Source of the DNA: Octopus bimaculoides
Taxonomy: Eukaryota
Assembly: GCF_001194135.2 (NCBI RefSeq)
Contig: NC_068982.1
Coordinates: 177,987,589 to 178,051,588, forward strand
Direction: 5' to 3'
Length of the DNA stretch: 64,000 nt
Part shown: positions 29,201-37,522 of the stretch, piece after piece
How positions within the stretch are numbered: position 1 is the stretch's first letter
Layout: each line of letters begins with the position of its first letter
Notes under the pieces: model-generated
What the model was told of the DNA's origin: nothing
What the model saw: the letters and a program-made list of their open reading frames with translations, nothing else
Databases searched by the model: none
Program-made: the position numbers and the translations under genes

Positions 29201-30812
29201 CAGAATAGACAGCAAGTCTTATTTAATTCTGCTTTTGATTATTTAAATCAATATATTGTTAGGAAGGGCATCCAGTTAGGAAGGGCATCCAACTGTAGAA
29301 ACTCTGCCAAATTAGATTGGAGCCTGGTGTTGCCATCCGGTTTCACCAGTCCTCAGTCAAATCGTCCAACCCATGCTAGCATGGAAAGCGCACGTTAAAC
29401 GATGATGATGATGATGATATTGTCTTTGCATAGGCTAAGATACCTGACTGGTAATAAACACACATCAGAACTGCAAGAAGCAGGAAGACAAATGTTCTAT
29501 TAGCTTGCAATATTATCCATAGTTATGAGTTTGAAAATAGCAGCAGAAAGTCGTTCTAGTGTATTTGTGCTAAGAAATTGAGGATACCTTTGACAATTTA
29601 GTTTCTTAACCACTTAGCATTCTAATTAGCCAGTCAAAGAAATGATTATTTATTCACATTCTTTTGAATTAATCATTCATTATCCTATGGCTTTGATATT
29701 ATGGTTGTTTATTTTTGAATAACATTGTAGAGTAAGTGTGAGAGGCTGGATATGGCCAGTGGTAGAATATTTTGACTGGTTTATATGCTAAAGGGTTAAG
29801 TGTTTTAAATTTAATCTAAGATAATTGGATAAAAAGAAATATGGTTTTGCTAACCCAGCAGATTAACCTTTTAGCATTTAAACCAACTGTATCAGGCCAG
29901 AATATTCTACCTGTTTTATGTTCAAACCAACCAGATCTTGCCTCTCACACCTACCCAATAATCATCATCATCGTTTAACGTCCGCTTTCCATGCTAGCAT
30001 GGGTTGGACGATTTGACTGAGGACTGGTGAAACCAGATGGCTACACCAGGCTCCAATCTGATTTGGCAGAGTTTCTACAGCTGGATGCCCTTCCTAACGC
30101 CAACCACTCAGAGAGTATAGTAGGTGCTTTTACGTGTCACCCGCACGAAGGCTAGTCAGGCGGTACTGGCAACGGCCACGCTCAAAATGGTGTATTTTAT
30201 GTGCCACCAGCACAAGAGCCAATCCGGGGGCACTGGCAACAATCTCTACGAAGGCCAGTCAGGCAGTCTCATTCTAAAAATTAAGTGATATCATCAAATT
30301 CTCAAAGCTATGAGATAATGTATATGATTAAATTCAAAACAATGTGAATGAATAAGCATTACATTTGACAGGATAATCTGAAATGCTAAAGGGTTAAATT
30401 CTGTGAATTACGAAATCAAGTGTAATTTAAGCAGAGAAATAGTTTCACCTAATATTGTTGACTGTTGACAGCAATAGTTCAGGAAAGGTGAGGGCTGGGA
30501 ATCAATATTCCAGCAGTGCACTGTCACACAAAGTATTGCTACAACAGTTCATTGCCACAGCTGTGAAGTAGAGGTCATTTTATTTGTCTTTATAACTATC
30601 TTTGCCTCAATAACATTGGATAAGAAAGTTAAATGTAAAACTATTCAGTTAAAATTCTTAAATCTATTAGACTATACGCTTAATTCATAAAAGAATATCT
30701 GATATAAGTTTTCATTTCAATATATATATATTTATTTATTTATTATCTTCCAGACGGTTCCAATCGCTCATTCCATGTCTCCTACAAACCAAGCTGTACA
30801 CGGAAATGTTGA
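1820..30812 (+). CDS. SMCR8: SMCR8 (C9orf72-complex DENN-like subunit), 3' part; 12 coding exons: 1820-1989, 3655-3755, 7939-8008, 8146-8228, 9758-9920, 12539-12659, 14209-14265, 18830-18909, 21342-21425, 21948-22047, 27624-27696, 30754-30812
   Basis: All junctions are GT-AG with chained phases; 1161 nt open frame ending TGA at 30810-30812. Peptides LVASLLSGRTVAVVG..EIVEALSLFVP, YVSILDL..CAPIYEG, TAFLYYHSFC, DDRKIIEFLASLILK and SFHVSYKPS are colinear with the recalled human SMCR8 C-terminus (AIYSLLSGRTLVVLG..KLVTALAIFVP, YTSILDL..CPLYRG, KAFLYTFC, EDVRVVQYLAELLK, RFDYVPS). The 5' part is not found in the window. Confidence 0.9.
2021..2208. mobile_element. piggyBac-like MITE
   Basis: TTAA|CCCTTT...AAAGGG|TTAA termini; related copies at 29610-29795 and 29867-30393. 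Confidence 0.7.
2405..2600 (+). mobile_element. mariner transposase C-terminal remnant
   Basis: RFQDVEEIQENATRQLLTISKKEFQECSHQWK*.W...ASEENYFERD* resembles the mariner C-terminus. Confidence 0.7.
2685..3065. mobile_element. Two RTE 3'-tail copies head-to-head (minus ~2685-2790, plus ~2790-3065)
   Basis: gagtggttggcgttaggaagggcatcc...catggaaagcggacattaaac(gat)n tail and its diverged reverse complement. Confidence 0.8.
3655..3755 (+). CDS. SMCR8: SMCR8 exon (SFESTSLYSTCSEHSDDMLCALCQQPNKDASTYD)
   Basis: Long polypyrimidine tract + ttgtAG; GTAGAA donor (weak); phase 2 to 1 bridges the neighbouring exons. Confidence 0.65.
3830..5230 (-). mobile_element. Old RTE LINE fragment (RT C-terminal half + CT-rich 3'UTR)
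   Basis: Broken frames LEVVDSFCYLGD, RLERNE.SM..WMCNISV, RRLHWFGHVMRM, CTQCKLW..KRCSGI. Confidence 0.85.
5336..5730 (+). mobile_element. tRNA-type SINE, family B (ggctgtgtggtaagtagcttgc...gactgaaacaagtaaaaga)
   Basis: Same element at 11292-11621(-), 31365-31745(+), 35914-36300(+); partial copies near 3310-3440, 7670-7800, 62770-62850. Confidence 0.85.
5790..6425 (-). mobile_element. RTE LINE 3' end
   Basis: RT C-terminal remnant, UTR and (gat)n tail. Confidence 0.8.
7030..7330 (-). mobile_element. RTE 3'-tail copy
   Basis: Diverged reverse complement of the same tail. Confidence 0.7.
7939..8008 (+). CDS. SMCR8: SMCR8 exon (GSLGSLDGSDESFHSTSSVQSFP)
   Basis: ctccacAG / GTAGGT; phase 1 to 2. 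Confidence 0.8.
8146..8228 (+). CDS. SMCR8: SMCR8 exon (CGNTRLNSSKKSFMLLADVINSKKHLLQ)
   Basis: ttttAG / GTAAGT; phase 2 to 1. Confidence 0.82.
9758..9920 (+). CDS. SMCR8: SMCR8 exon (AKNLMNFLSQYDNINNLVASLLSGRTVAVVGSSNSEEKVKEIVEALSLFVPGNI)
   Basis: T-tract+cAG / GTAAGT; SLLSGRT motif of the SMCR8 DENN region. Confidence 0.92.
10724..10843 (+). rRNA. Full-length 5S rRNA sequence (probably a retrocopy, fused to an RTE 3' tail)
   Basis: 120 nt GTTTACGGCCATATCACG...GGTGCTGTAAGCAT; helix I pairs (GTTTACGGC/GCTGTAAGC); A-box- and C-box-like internal promoter present; no oligo-T terminator after it. Confidence 0.93.
10850..11012 (+). mobile_element. RTE 3' tail fused behind 5S
   Basis: ctacactctctgagtggttggcattaggaagggcatcc...ttaaac(gat)n. 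Confidence 0.88.
11292..11621 (-). mobile_element. SINE family B
   Basis: Reverse complement of the 35914-36300 element; truncated by the gap. Confidence 0.85.
12539..12659 (+). CDS. SMCR8: SMCR8 exon (NHKKVVIPWLKRQLQLKDLTSFRLVGLSKRKNNAIPRSIM)
   Basis: aatcAG / GTGAGT; phase 2 to 0; W..L...D....L.GL pattern matches recalled human KHWASSPLHIMDFQKWKLIGL. Confidence 0.88.
13023..13404 (+). mobile_element. tRNA(Arg)-like-headed SINE, family A (resembles octopus OR-type SINEs)
   Basis: A box tggcccagtgg, B box gtttcgattcc; 12-bp TSD acttagtatcaa (13011-13022, 13405-13416). Confidence 0.88.
14209..14265 (+). CDS. SMCR8: SMCR8 exon (NYVSILDLEKRVVCAPIYE)
   Basis: tttccAG / GTAATG; matches recalled YTSILDLDNKTLRCPLY. 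Confidence 0.92.
15880..16175 (+). mobile_element. SINE family E (CORE-like ttgagcaagacact segment)
   Basis: Second copy at ~28195-28505. Confidence 0.7.
16285..17632 (+). mobile_element. Non-autonomous Helitron(s), gap-interrupted
   Basis: 5' A|TCTATATATA; 3' hairpin cccgg-gcaacg-ccggg just before CTAG|T; second A|TC start at 17542. Confidence 0.7.
16612..17348. other. Assembly gap (others: 1393-1494, 11058-11291, 20730-21119, 41895-42128, 63048-63147)
   Basis: N runs, mostly next to microsatellites. Confidence 0.99.
18830..18909 (+). CDS. SMCR8: SMCR8 exon (GKIVNSLLRQLQLFQHNPAAYLAYIH)
   Basis: ttctctAG / GTACTG; phase 0 to 2. Confidence 0.85.
19389..19686. mobile_element. hAT/Charlie-like MITE
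   Basis: cagcactactcaaagtggtggtcc 5' end, degenerate TIR at the right end, imperfect 8-bp TSD ttttagtg/ctctagtg. Confidence 0.45.
21342..21425 (+). CDS. SMCR8: SMCR8 exon (SHFQEISSTAFLYYHSFCMTSANPKASA)
   Basis: T-tract+ttcAG / GTATGT; AFLY motif; phase 2 to 2. Confidence 0.88.
21948..22047 (+). CDS. SMCR8: SMCR8 exon (YIGLDRLAREFRDTSQQFLKTWNIVQDDRKIIE)
   Basis: ttaacAG / GTTTGT; phase 2 to 0. Confidence 0.87.
22557..23843 (-). mobile_element. Full-length inactive mariner (D,D34D) transposon
   Basis: ~27-bp TIRs tcaggtcatcccgtaagttctgtccga (2 mismatches), TA TSD, 1287 bp; HTH, WVTHEL, TGDEKW, HQDNA, YSPDLAPSDY with stops and frameshifts. Confidence 0.93.
23850..24460 (-). repeat. Orphan CT-rich RTE 3'UTR segment
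   Basis: Alignable by eye with 34570-35170; same composition as the 3'UTR after the RTE at 60560-61480. Confidence 0.55.
24790..25200 (-). mobile_element. Penelope-like element GIY-YIG endonuclease remnant
   Basis: INCKTKCLIYCII..CNE...YI, CSEHLDMC and EYFIR..PKLN in broken frames. Confidence 0.6.
25590..26360 (-). mobile_element. RTE RT fragment
   Basis: EWLTRIMQVMYRDAICKVRVNDEYSYEFSVQVG. Confidence 0.7.
26499..26820 (+). mobile_element. Young RTE 3'-end copy
   Basis: Minisatellite unit + tail + (gat)n. Confidence 0.85.
27624..27696 (+). CDS. SMCR8: SMCR8 exon (FLASLILKQVLEEAQEKGAWIGNK)
   Basis: T-tract+cAG / GTAAAT; phase 0 to 1. Confidence 0.87.
28723..29113 (+). mobile_element. SINE family A
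   Basis: Copy of 13023-13404; TSD tgtattctat. Confidence 0.88.
29268..29417 (+). mobile_element. RTE 3'-tail copy
   Basis: Tail with a 5' tandem duplication of gttaggaagggcatcca. Confidence 0.85.
29867..30393. mobile_element. piggyBac-like MITE with nested minus-strand RTE tail (~29960-30266)
   Basis: TTAA|cctttt...aaaggg|TTAA; inverted relative to the copy at 29610-29795. Confidence 0.72.
30754..30812 (+). CDS. SMCR8: SMCR8 last coding exon (DGSNRSFHVSYKPSCTRKC*)
   Basis: tcttccAG acceptor, phase 1, TGA stop; AATAAA near 30940. Confidence 0.83.
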
Positions 30813-31364
30813 CAACACATATGGACTTAATCTTTTATAATACAATGTATAGAAGACTTTTCTCCCTAGCTGCTTTGATTGGATTAATGCAGTTATTTAA
30901 CATATGTAAAAAACCAAAAAACAAAAAAAAATAAATATTAAAAAGAAAATTCTTCTTTTTTAAATTTGTCAAAGAAATGATTTACTCAAACATTTAATTT
31001 CAGCGAAGCAGATTATTTAAATGCCTTTTCTGTTGCTTCTATGTAAACATTAACTTGTCAACAGCTGTAACACTTATTGTTACCATAAACTCTAGGGAGA
31101 TACTGGTAATTTTCAAAATGCATTTTTTTTCCCTCCCAGCATTTATTTCATTTTTATCATGGAAATGAATATGCTGGTATTAAAGAGTTCATCATCATCA
31201 TTATTTAGCATCCATTTTTCCATGCTTGCATGGCTCAGACAGAATTTATTGAGGCAGATTTCTATGGCCAGATGCCTTTCCTGTTGCTAACCTTCATTTG
31301 GTGATGTTTTGGTTAATGAAATAGAAATTACTGCAGTTACTGAATGGAGAAAAAATAAAATTTT

Positions 31365-31745
31365 ACGGTAGTTGCTATGCGGTAGGAAGTTTGCTTCCCA
31401 ACCACATGGTTCTGGATTCAGTCCCACTGCGTGTGGTACCTTGGGCAAATGTCTTCTACTATTGCCTCGGGCCGACCAAAGCCCTGTGAGTGGATTTGGT
31501 AGATGGAAACTGAAAAAAGCCCATAATATATTTATATATATATGTATTTGTATGTCTGTGTTTGTCTTTCCACCATTGCTTGACAACTGATGTTGGTGTG
31601 TTTCGTCCTCGTAACTTACCAGTTTCACAAAAGAGACCGATAGAATAAGTACTAGGTTTACAAAGAATAAATCCTGGGGTTGATTTGTTTGAGGTGGTGC
31701 TCCAGCATGGCTGCAATCAAATGACTGAAACAAGTAAAAGAAAAT
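31365..31745 (+). mobile_element. SINE family B
   Basis: Diverged copy. Confidence 0.8.
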
Positions 31746-31861
31746 TAATAAACTTAAAGAACAAGTGAATCCAAAGCGTCAATAGAGATTTGCTGTTTCT
31801 AAACCATTGTTAGGTGACAATTACTTCACTTGACTCAACAGATCTTCGCAATAAACTGCGC

Positions 31862-32288
31862 TTGCGAAGACCTGTTGAGTCAAGTGACGTCATTGTCATG
31901 GCCGATGACAGAATTGCCTGATTGGTATCCATGCCAGTGACATATAAAAAGCACCATTCGAGTGGTTGATGCCAGTATCGCCTGACTAGCTCCTGTGCTA
32001 GTGGCACATAAAAAGTACCATTCAAGCATGATCGTTGCCAGTGCTGCCTGGCTAGCTCCCATGCCGGTAGCATGTAAAAAGCACCATTCAAGCATGGTCA
32101 GTGCCAGTGGCACGTAAAAAGCACTCACTACACTCTCGGAGTGGTTGGTGTTAGGGAGGGCATCCGGCTGTAGAAACTTTGCCAGATCAGATTGGAGCCT
32201 GGTGCAGCCTACTGGCTTGCCAGCCCTCAGTCAACCGTCCAACCCATGCCATCATGGAAAGCAGACGTTAAACAACAACGATGATGAT
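31862..32288 (+). mobile_element. RTE 3' end with minisatellite array and 5' fold-back
   Basis: Repeated aaaagcaccatt units followed by the tail. Confidence 0.8.
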
Positions 32289-32456
32289 AATATATATATA
32301 TAATACATTCTCAATATTGCTTTGTTTTACAAAAGAAATTATTACCTGCCCTGTTGTACCTCTTTCTCTCATAGCATAAAGCTGCCTCCCTTGGGCAAGT
32401 TGCATAATGACCTCACTAGTGCTGGTGACACAAAAAGTAAAAGCATCCTGTACATA

Positions 32457-33182
32457 CAGGGTCCGCCAAAAATAACTATATATTTTTATTTCAACATGAT
32501 AAATGTAACATAGAAGAAATAAGCTACTACAATACAGAAAGTAGCACAGGGTACACTAAAGTTTGTTGCAACATAAAACGTGGTGTTTATTAAAGCTCCA
32601 TATGCTCTCTGTGGAGCTCAATGCACTTTGCTAATCTTTCAGGGACTAAGCGGTATACTTTGGCGCACAGCTCCAACGGCACTTGAGCAAGGGCAGCTCA
32701 AATTTGTTCCTTAAGTTCAGCAATGTTGCGGGGCTTTGTTGAGTAGACTTTCTCTTTGAGAATGCCCCACAGGAAAAAGTTGGGTGGGGTCACATCCGGC
32801 GAACGAGACGGCCACTCAAGACGGTCCTCGCCTGCCAATCCATCGACAGAGCAGGTTGGCATCCAGCCAGTCTCGCAGAAGCGTAGCATAATGGGCCGGT
32901 TCCCCACCCTGCTGAAAGTACAGACCCTCTGCTCCATCCTGCTGTTGTAATAACGGCAAAAGCAGCTTCTGTAGCATAGCCATTTCAAAACCGCAGTCTT
33001 TTGCTCTTTTGTTAATCAGGTGGACATAATCGATATAACAGTATATCTGAAATAGGGGGGGGAAAAAAGAAATAAAAATATAAGATTTCAGCTTTCAAAT
33101 GACATATGAAATAGAAAAATTGAATAAGTATCAACAAAGTTACAAGCAAAAGAAAATATATAGTTACTTATGGCGGACCCTG
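32457..33182 (-). mobile_element. Internally deleted Tc1/mariner-superfamily element nested in an RTE tail
   Basis: TIR cagggtccgccaaaaataactata (2 mismatches), TA TSD, WPSRSPDVTPPNFFLWG.LKEKVY motif. Confidence 0.88.
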
Positions 33183-35255
33183 TACTATAAAGTGGTTGGT
33201 ATTACAAGGGGCATCCAGCTATAGCAACCATACCAAAACAGATACTGGGACATGACACAATTCTTGGACCCACTGGATCTTGTCAAACTGTCTAACCCAT
33301 GCCAACTTGGAATATGGGCATTTAAATGATGATGATGATGATGATGTTTCTATTGAAATTTTTCTTCTTTCATATTTTCTTTTGTTCTTTTACAACCTGT
33401 AAAGTATTATTTGGAAGTATTCCAAGCCCAGTGTGTTCTTATTGAAAGAATAATTGATAGAGTTAAAGAACTTATGGATAGAGTGAGAGTTTATATCCCA
33501 ATACTGTGCAATGTTTACAACCAAAATAGTCAATTCTCTCAAATAATTCAAACTACCTAAACTGAAAGTATCATGGGTAGTGTCTCTCACTACTGGTACT
33601 ATAAACAGTGATGGAGAATTGGCTAATCGAGATTTCATTAGCATGTAGTGTAGAATATAGTATAGCTTGGAGAAGGTATCTCCAAGCTGACTCATACCTC
33701 TCAAAGTTAATTGCAGGTGTCACTATGACCTCGTGGATAATGTGACTGCTGCAGTAAATCCCAAAGTTATTTAAGATTTAGTGAATCACCAGAAACTTTC
33801 ATTAGCTGAATGGTTACATTTAATTTGAAAAAGTATGTTTCTATGAAATGTCTTTATTTAAACCAAAGATGGTGTGTCAAAAGTTCTTGATTTATATTGC
33901 TTTCTTTAGAAGCTGATGCAATGGAGTAGCAGAACAATAAAAAAATGAACTGAAGACCTTAGTTGAAGGAAGAAATAAGAAGAAACTTGATAGACCATTT
34001 CAGACTGATAGTTAGTTTTGAGGTTAGAATGAAGTTCTGCAAGGAAAGAATTCCTAAGAGCTGCAATTCTTAAGAAGGAATCGGATGGCTTAGAGAAATG
34101 TCACAAGAGACCGGTGCATCCAGTAGGTTTGCTCACAGGTTGCTAGTTCAGAGAAGTATAACTGTTGTAACTTAGAGAAAATGTTAAACTTCTGAAACAA
34201 ATCTGAGTAAGCATTAAAAAAAGGTAAATGATTCAGAAATTATGTTAAATAATTTGAAATGATTGGGTGATTTGACACAATTTGAGGAGTTAGAGTATTG
34301 TACTTCAGTATCTGTTTTGGGAAGGTTTCTATAGTTGAATGCCACAATAGTGTACTGGGCACTATTTCTTTTCCTTCTGTGCCACCAGCACTAATAAGGT
34401 CGTCTTGTAGCTTGTAAAAGTAAGATTCTCCTCGACTGAATGGGATTATAGTAGAGAGGGATGGCTTTATGTTAGGTGTTGAAAGGTTTAAAGTATGAAA
34501 GAGAACAGGAACAACTTTCTTGCTGTTAAGGAGATGGTTACCTTGCATTATACAAGAGTAATTAGGGTGGAGCTGGAAAGAGAAATAAAGTAGGTGGTGA
34601 CAATGCATCAGGGTGAGCTTTCAAGATACAAGGTGAACAGAAAAGAGTAGTGATTGATGAATGGAAAGGGTAGATGATTAGAAGTTGCCAGAGTAGAGGG
34701 AAAGGAAGTGATTGTTAAAGATGGAGTAGGAGTGGAGTGAATATAGTGAATGGTGAACAACGGTGGTGAGGTGCTTAATAATAAATATGAGTTGGAGGAG
34801 AGAATAGGTGATGACTAGCAATACAGGAAGAGCGAAGAACAGCAGAATAGTGAGTAATACAGTAGAAGGAGAAGAATGAGAGAAAAGGAGATGACATGGG
34901 TGGATAGGTTGGAAGGGTGATCAATGTAAAATACAAGTGGGGAGAGACGATGTAAAGAATGAAGGATGATGTCAAAGGAAGTGGTTCTAGGTGATAACTG
35001 ATAGCACAGAAAAGACAATGGAATATGTAGCTCTGCTCTCAATTATAACAGCAAAATCTGCAGTAGTTAAGCAAGTGATGGATGGAAGAGTGATAGAAAG
35101 ATGTAGGGTAAGAGAGAACAGGGTTAAGTTAAGTGGGTGGCTCATTTACATATGTATACATTATGTTTCCAGAATCTCAGTGTAGCCAAAGTAGATGATT
35201 CTTCTCAAACACTGCATATTGCCAATCATCTCAGTTATATATGAAACATGAGATC

Positions 35256-35640
35256 GTTGTTGGCACTCCGTCGCTTACGACGTCGAGGGTTCCAGTTGAT
35301 CCGATCAACGGAACAGCCTGCTCGTGAAATTAATGTGCAAGTAGCTGAGTACTCCACAGACACGTGTACCCTTAACTTAGTTCTCGGGGATATTCAGCGT
35401 GATACAGTGTGACAAGGCTGACCCTTTGAATTACAGGCACAACAGAAACAGGAAGTAAGAGTGAGAGAAAGTTGTGGTGAAAGAGTAGAGCAGGGTTCGC
35501 CACCATCCCCTGCTGGAGCCTCGTGGAGATTTAGGTGTTTTCGTTCAATAAACACTCACAATGCCCAGTCTGAGAATCGAAACCGTGATCCTATGACCTC
35601 GAGTCCGCTGCCCTAACCACTGGGCCATTGCGCCTCCACT
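35256..35640 (-). mobile_element. SINE family A
   Basis: Reverse-complement copy; TSD aaacatga. Confidence 0.88.
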
Positions 35641-35913
35641 AAACATGAAATCACTATGAGAGAATATTGGAGATTCTGACTCGAGAGAATGTAAATGTTT
35701 TAGTGGCATGTTGTTGCTTTGTGTTTTGTGGTTTCACTCGAAGAGTGCAGTAACTCATGAGTGAAACCAAATTGTTGTTTGCAAGGAATTCCTGGAACGT
35801 TTAGGTTTTTTGTGTTCACTCAAATTTGAATGAGGATTTTGACATTTTCTTTAGTTTTCGTAAAGTTAAATTTTTTGTGATATACTTTGCAAATGATTAA
35901 TAAATGATTAATA

Positions 35914-36300
35914 GGTGCAGGAGTGGCTGTGTGGTAAGTAGCTTGCTTACCAACCACATGGTTCTGGGTTCAGTCCCACTGCGTGGCATCTTGGGCAAGT
36001 GTCTTCTACTATAGTCCCAGGCCGACCAAAGCCTTGTGAGTGGATTTGGTAGGCGGAAACTGAAAGAAGCCCGTCGTATATATATATATATGTGTGTGTG
36101 TGTGTTTGTCCCCCTAGCATTGCTTGACAACCAATGCTGGTGTGTTTATGTCTCCGTCACTTAGCGGTTCGGCAAAAGAGACCGATAGAATAAGTACTAG
36201 GCTTACAAAGAATAAGTCCTGGGGTCGATTTGCTCAACTAAAGGCGGTGCTCCAGCATGGCTGCAGTCAAATGACTGAAACAAGTAAAAGAGTAAAAGCG
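35914..36300 (+). mobile_element. SINE family B, full length
   Basis: Complete head, body and (gtaaaaga) tail. Confidence 0.88.
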
Positions 36301-36464
36301 AGTAATAAAAATGAAATGTATTCAATAACAATGTGAGATACTTGATAGCTTACCATATTGCAAACATAAATAACATGCGTAATTTATCCTGGCGTATGAG
36401 TAATTGGTTTATACAATTTCAATACCAACCTTCTTACCAGCAATATTCAAGTCACTTTAAGGTA

Positions 36465-36680
36465 GAAAGCTGGCAGAATCATTAGCAAGCCAGGCAAAAA
36501 GCTTAGTGGCATTTCATCCATCTTTATGTTCTGGGTTCAAATTCCAAAGAGGTTGACTTTGCCTTTCACCCTTTCAGGGTTGATATAAAATAAGTACTAG
36601 TTGAAAACTGGGCTTGATGTAATTGATTTACCCCTCCCCTGAAATTGCTGGCCTTGTGCCAAAATTTGAAAACCAATATT
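36465..36680 (+). mobile_element. SINE family D (gttcaaattcc...ttgcctttcatcctttcggggtcgata)
   Basis: Related copies at ~8345-8470, 54055-54225, 14530-14620(-), 58060-58210(-). Confidence 0.65.
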
Positions 36681-37471
36681 TGAGTTTCTTATCAAATTCA
36701 GATATAAAAAAAAAAAAAGGAATAAAAAGCACATTCCATTTTGAAATGAGACTGAAAAATTAGGTGCCACCTACAGTACCTGAAAAACATTCATTCAATA
36801 TGGAATGAAGAAGTTAAAACCACAAGAAATAGTCAACACAACACACCACAAACATCCACTAGAACAATTATCAGCTAAAGTAAGAAAAACATCAGCAAAC
36901 AAGTTATATAGATTTCTAGGGCAGAAGTGAGTTGGCAGACTAAAATCTTTGCAGTATTTAGCCACAGTCTAGATTAGGAGTTCATATACTAATTTACGAA
37001 GGATTTATAATATAAATACCTCTATTCAGCCCCATCCAACTGCTGGCAACCCATCTCATTAAAAAGCAAACTAGTTTGTTTAGTCAATATCAGCAAAAAT
37101 TGTATTCTCATTCTCTTCTATTTAAACATATCCATAGACCAACTAAAGTATTTGAATCATTCAAAATAGTAACCACAGTGCATCGGCATCTTATTCATAG
37201 ATCAACTAACAAGGCTGATGCACTATAAGACTATCTTGTCATGTGAACAGTATGGTATATGGTAGCTGTCTGTTTCATTCCAGCCTACACAGTTCCTAAA
37301 CATAGAGCTAACTGACCACGTATGTCTAGACACATAAACAATACACCACCTCAAAATCCTTTTAAAGATATTTCTCTCACATAACAGTTGATATTATTGC
37401 TCTGAATAGCCACACTTGATCTAAATTCTGAACTCTGAGTTGTCATTCTCTTTCAATAAATTGCAAAATAT

Positions 37472-37522
<51 letters not shown>

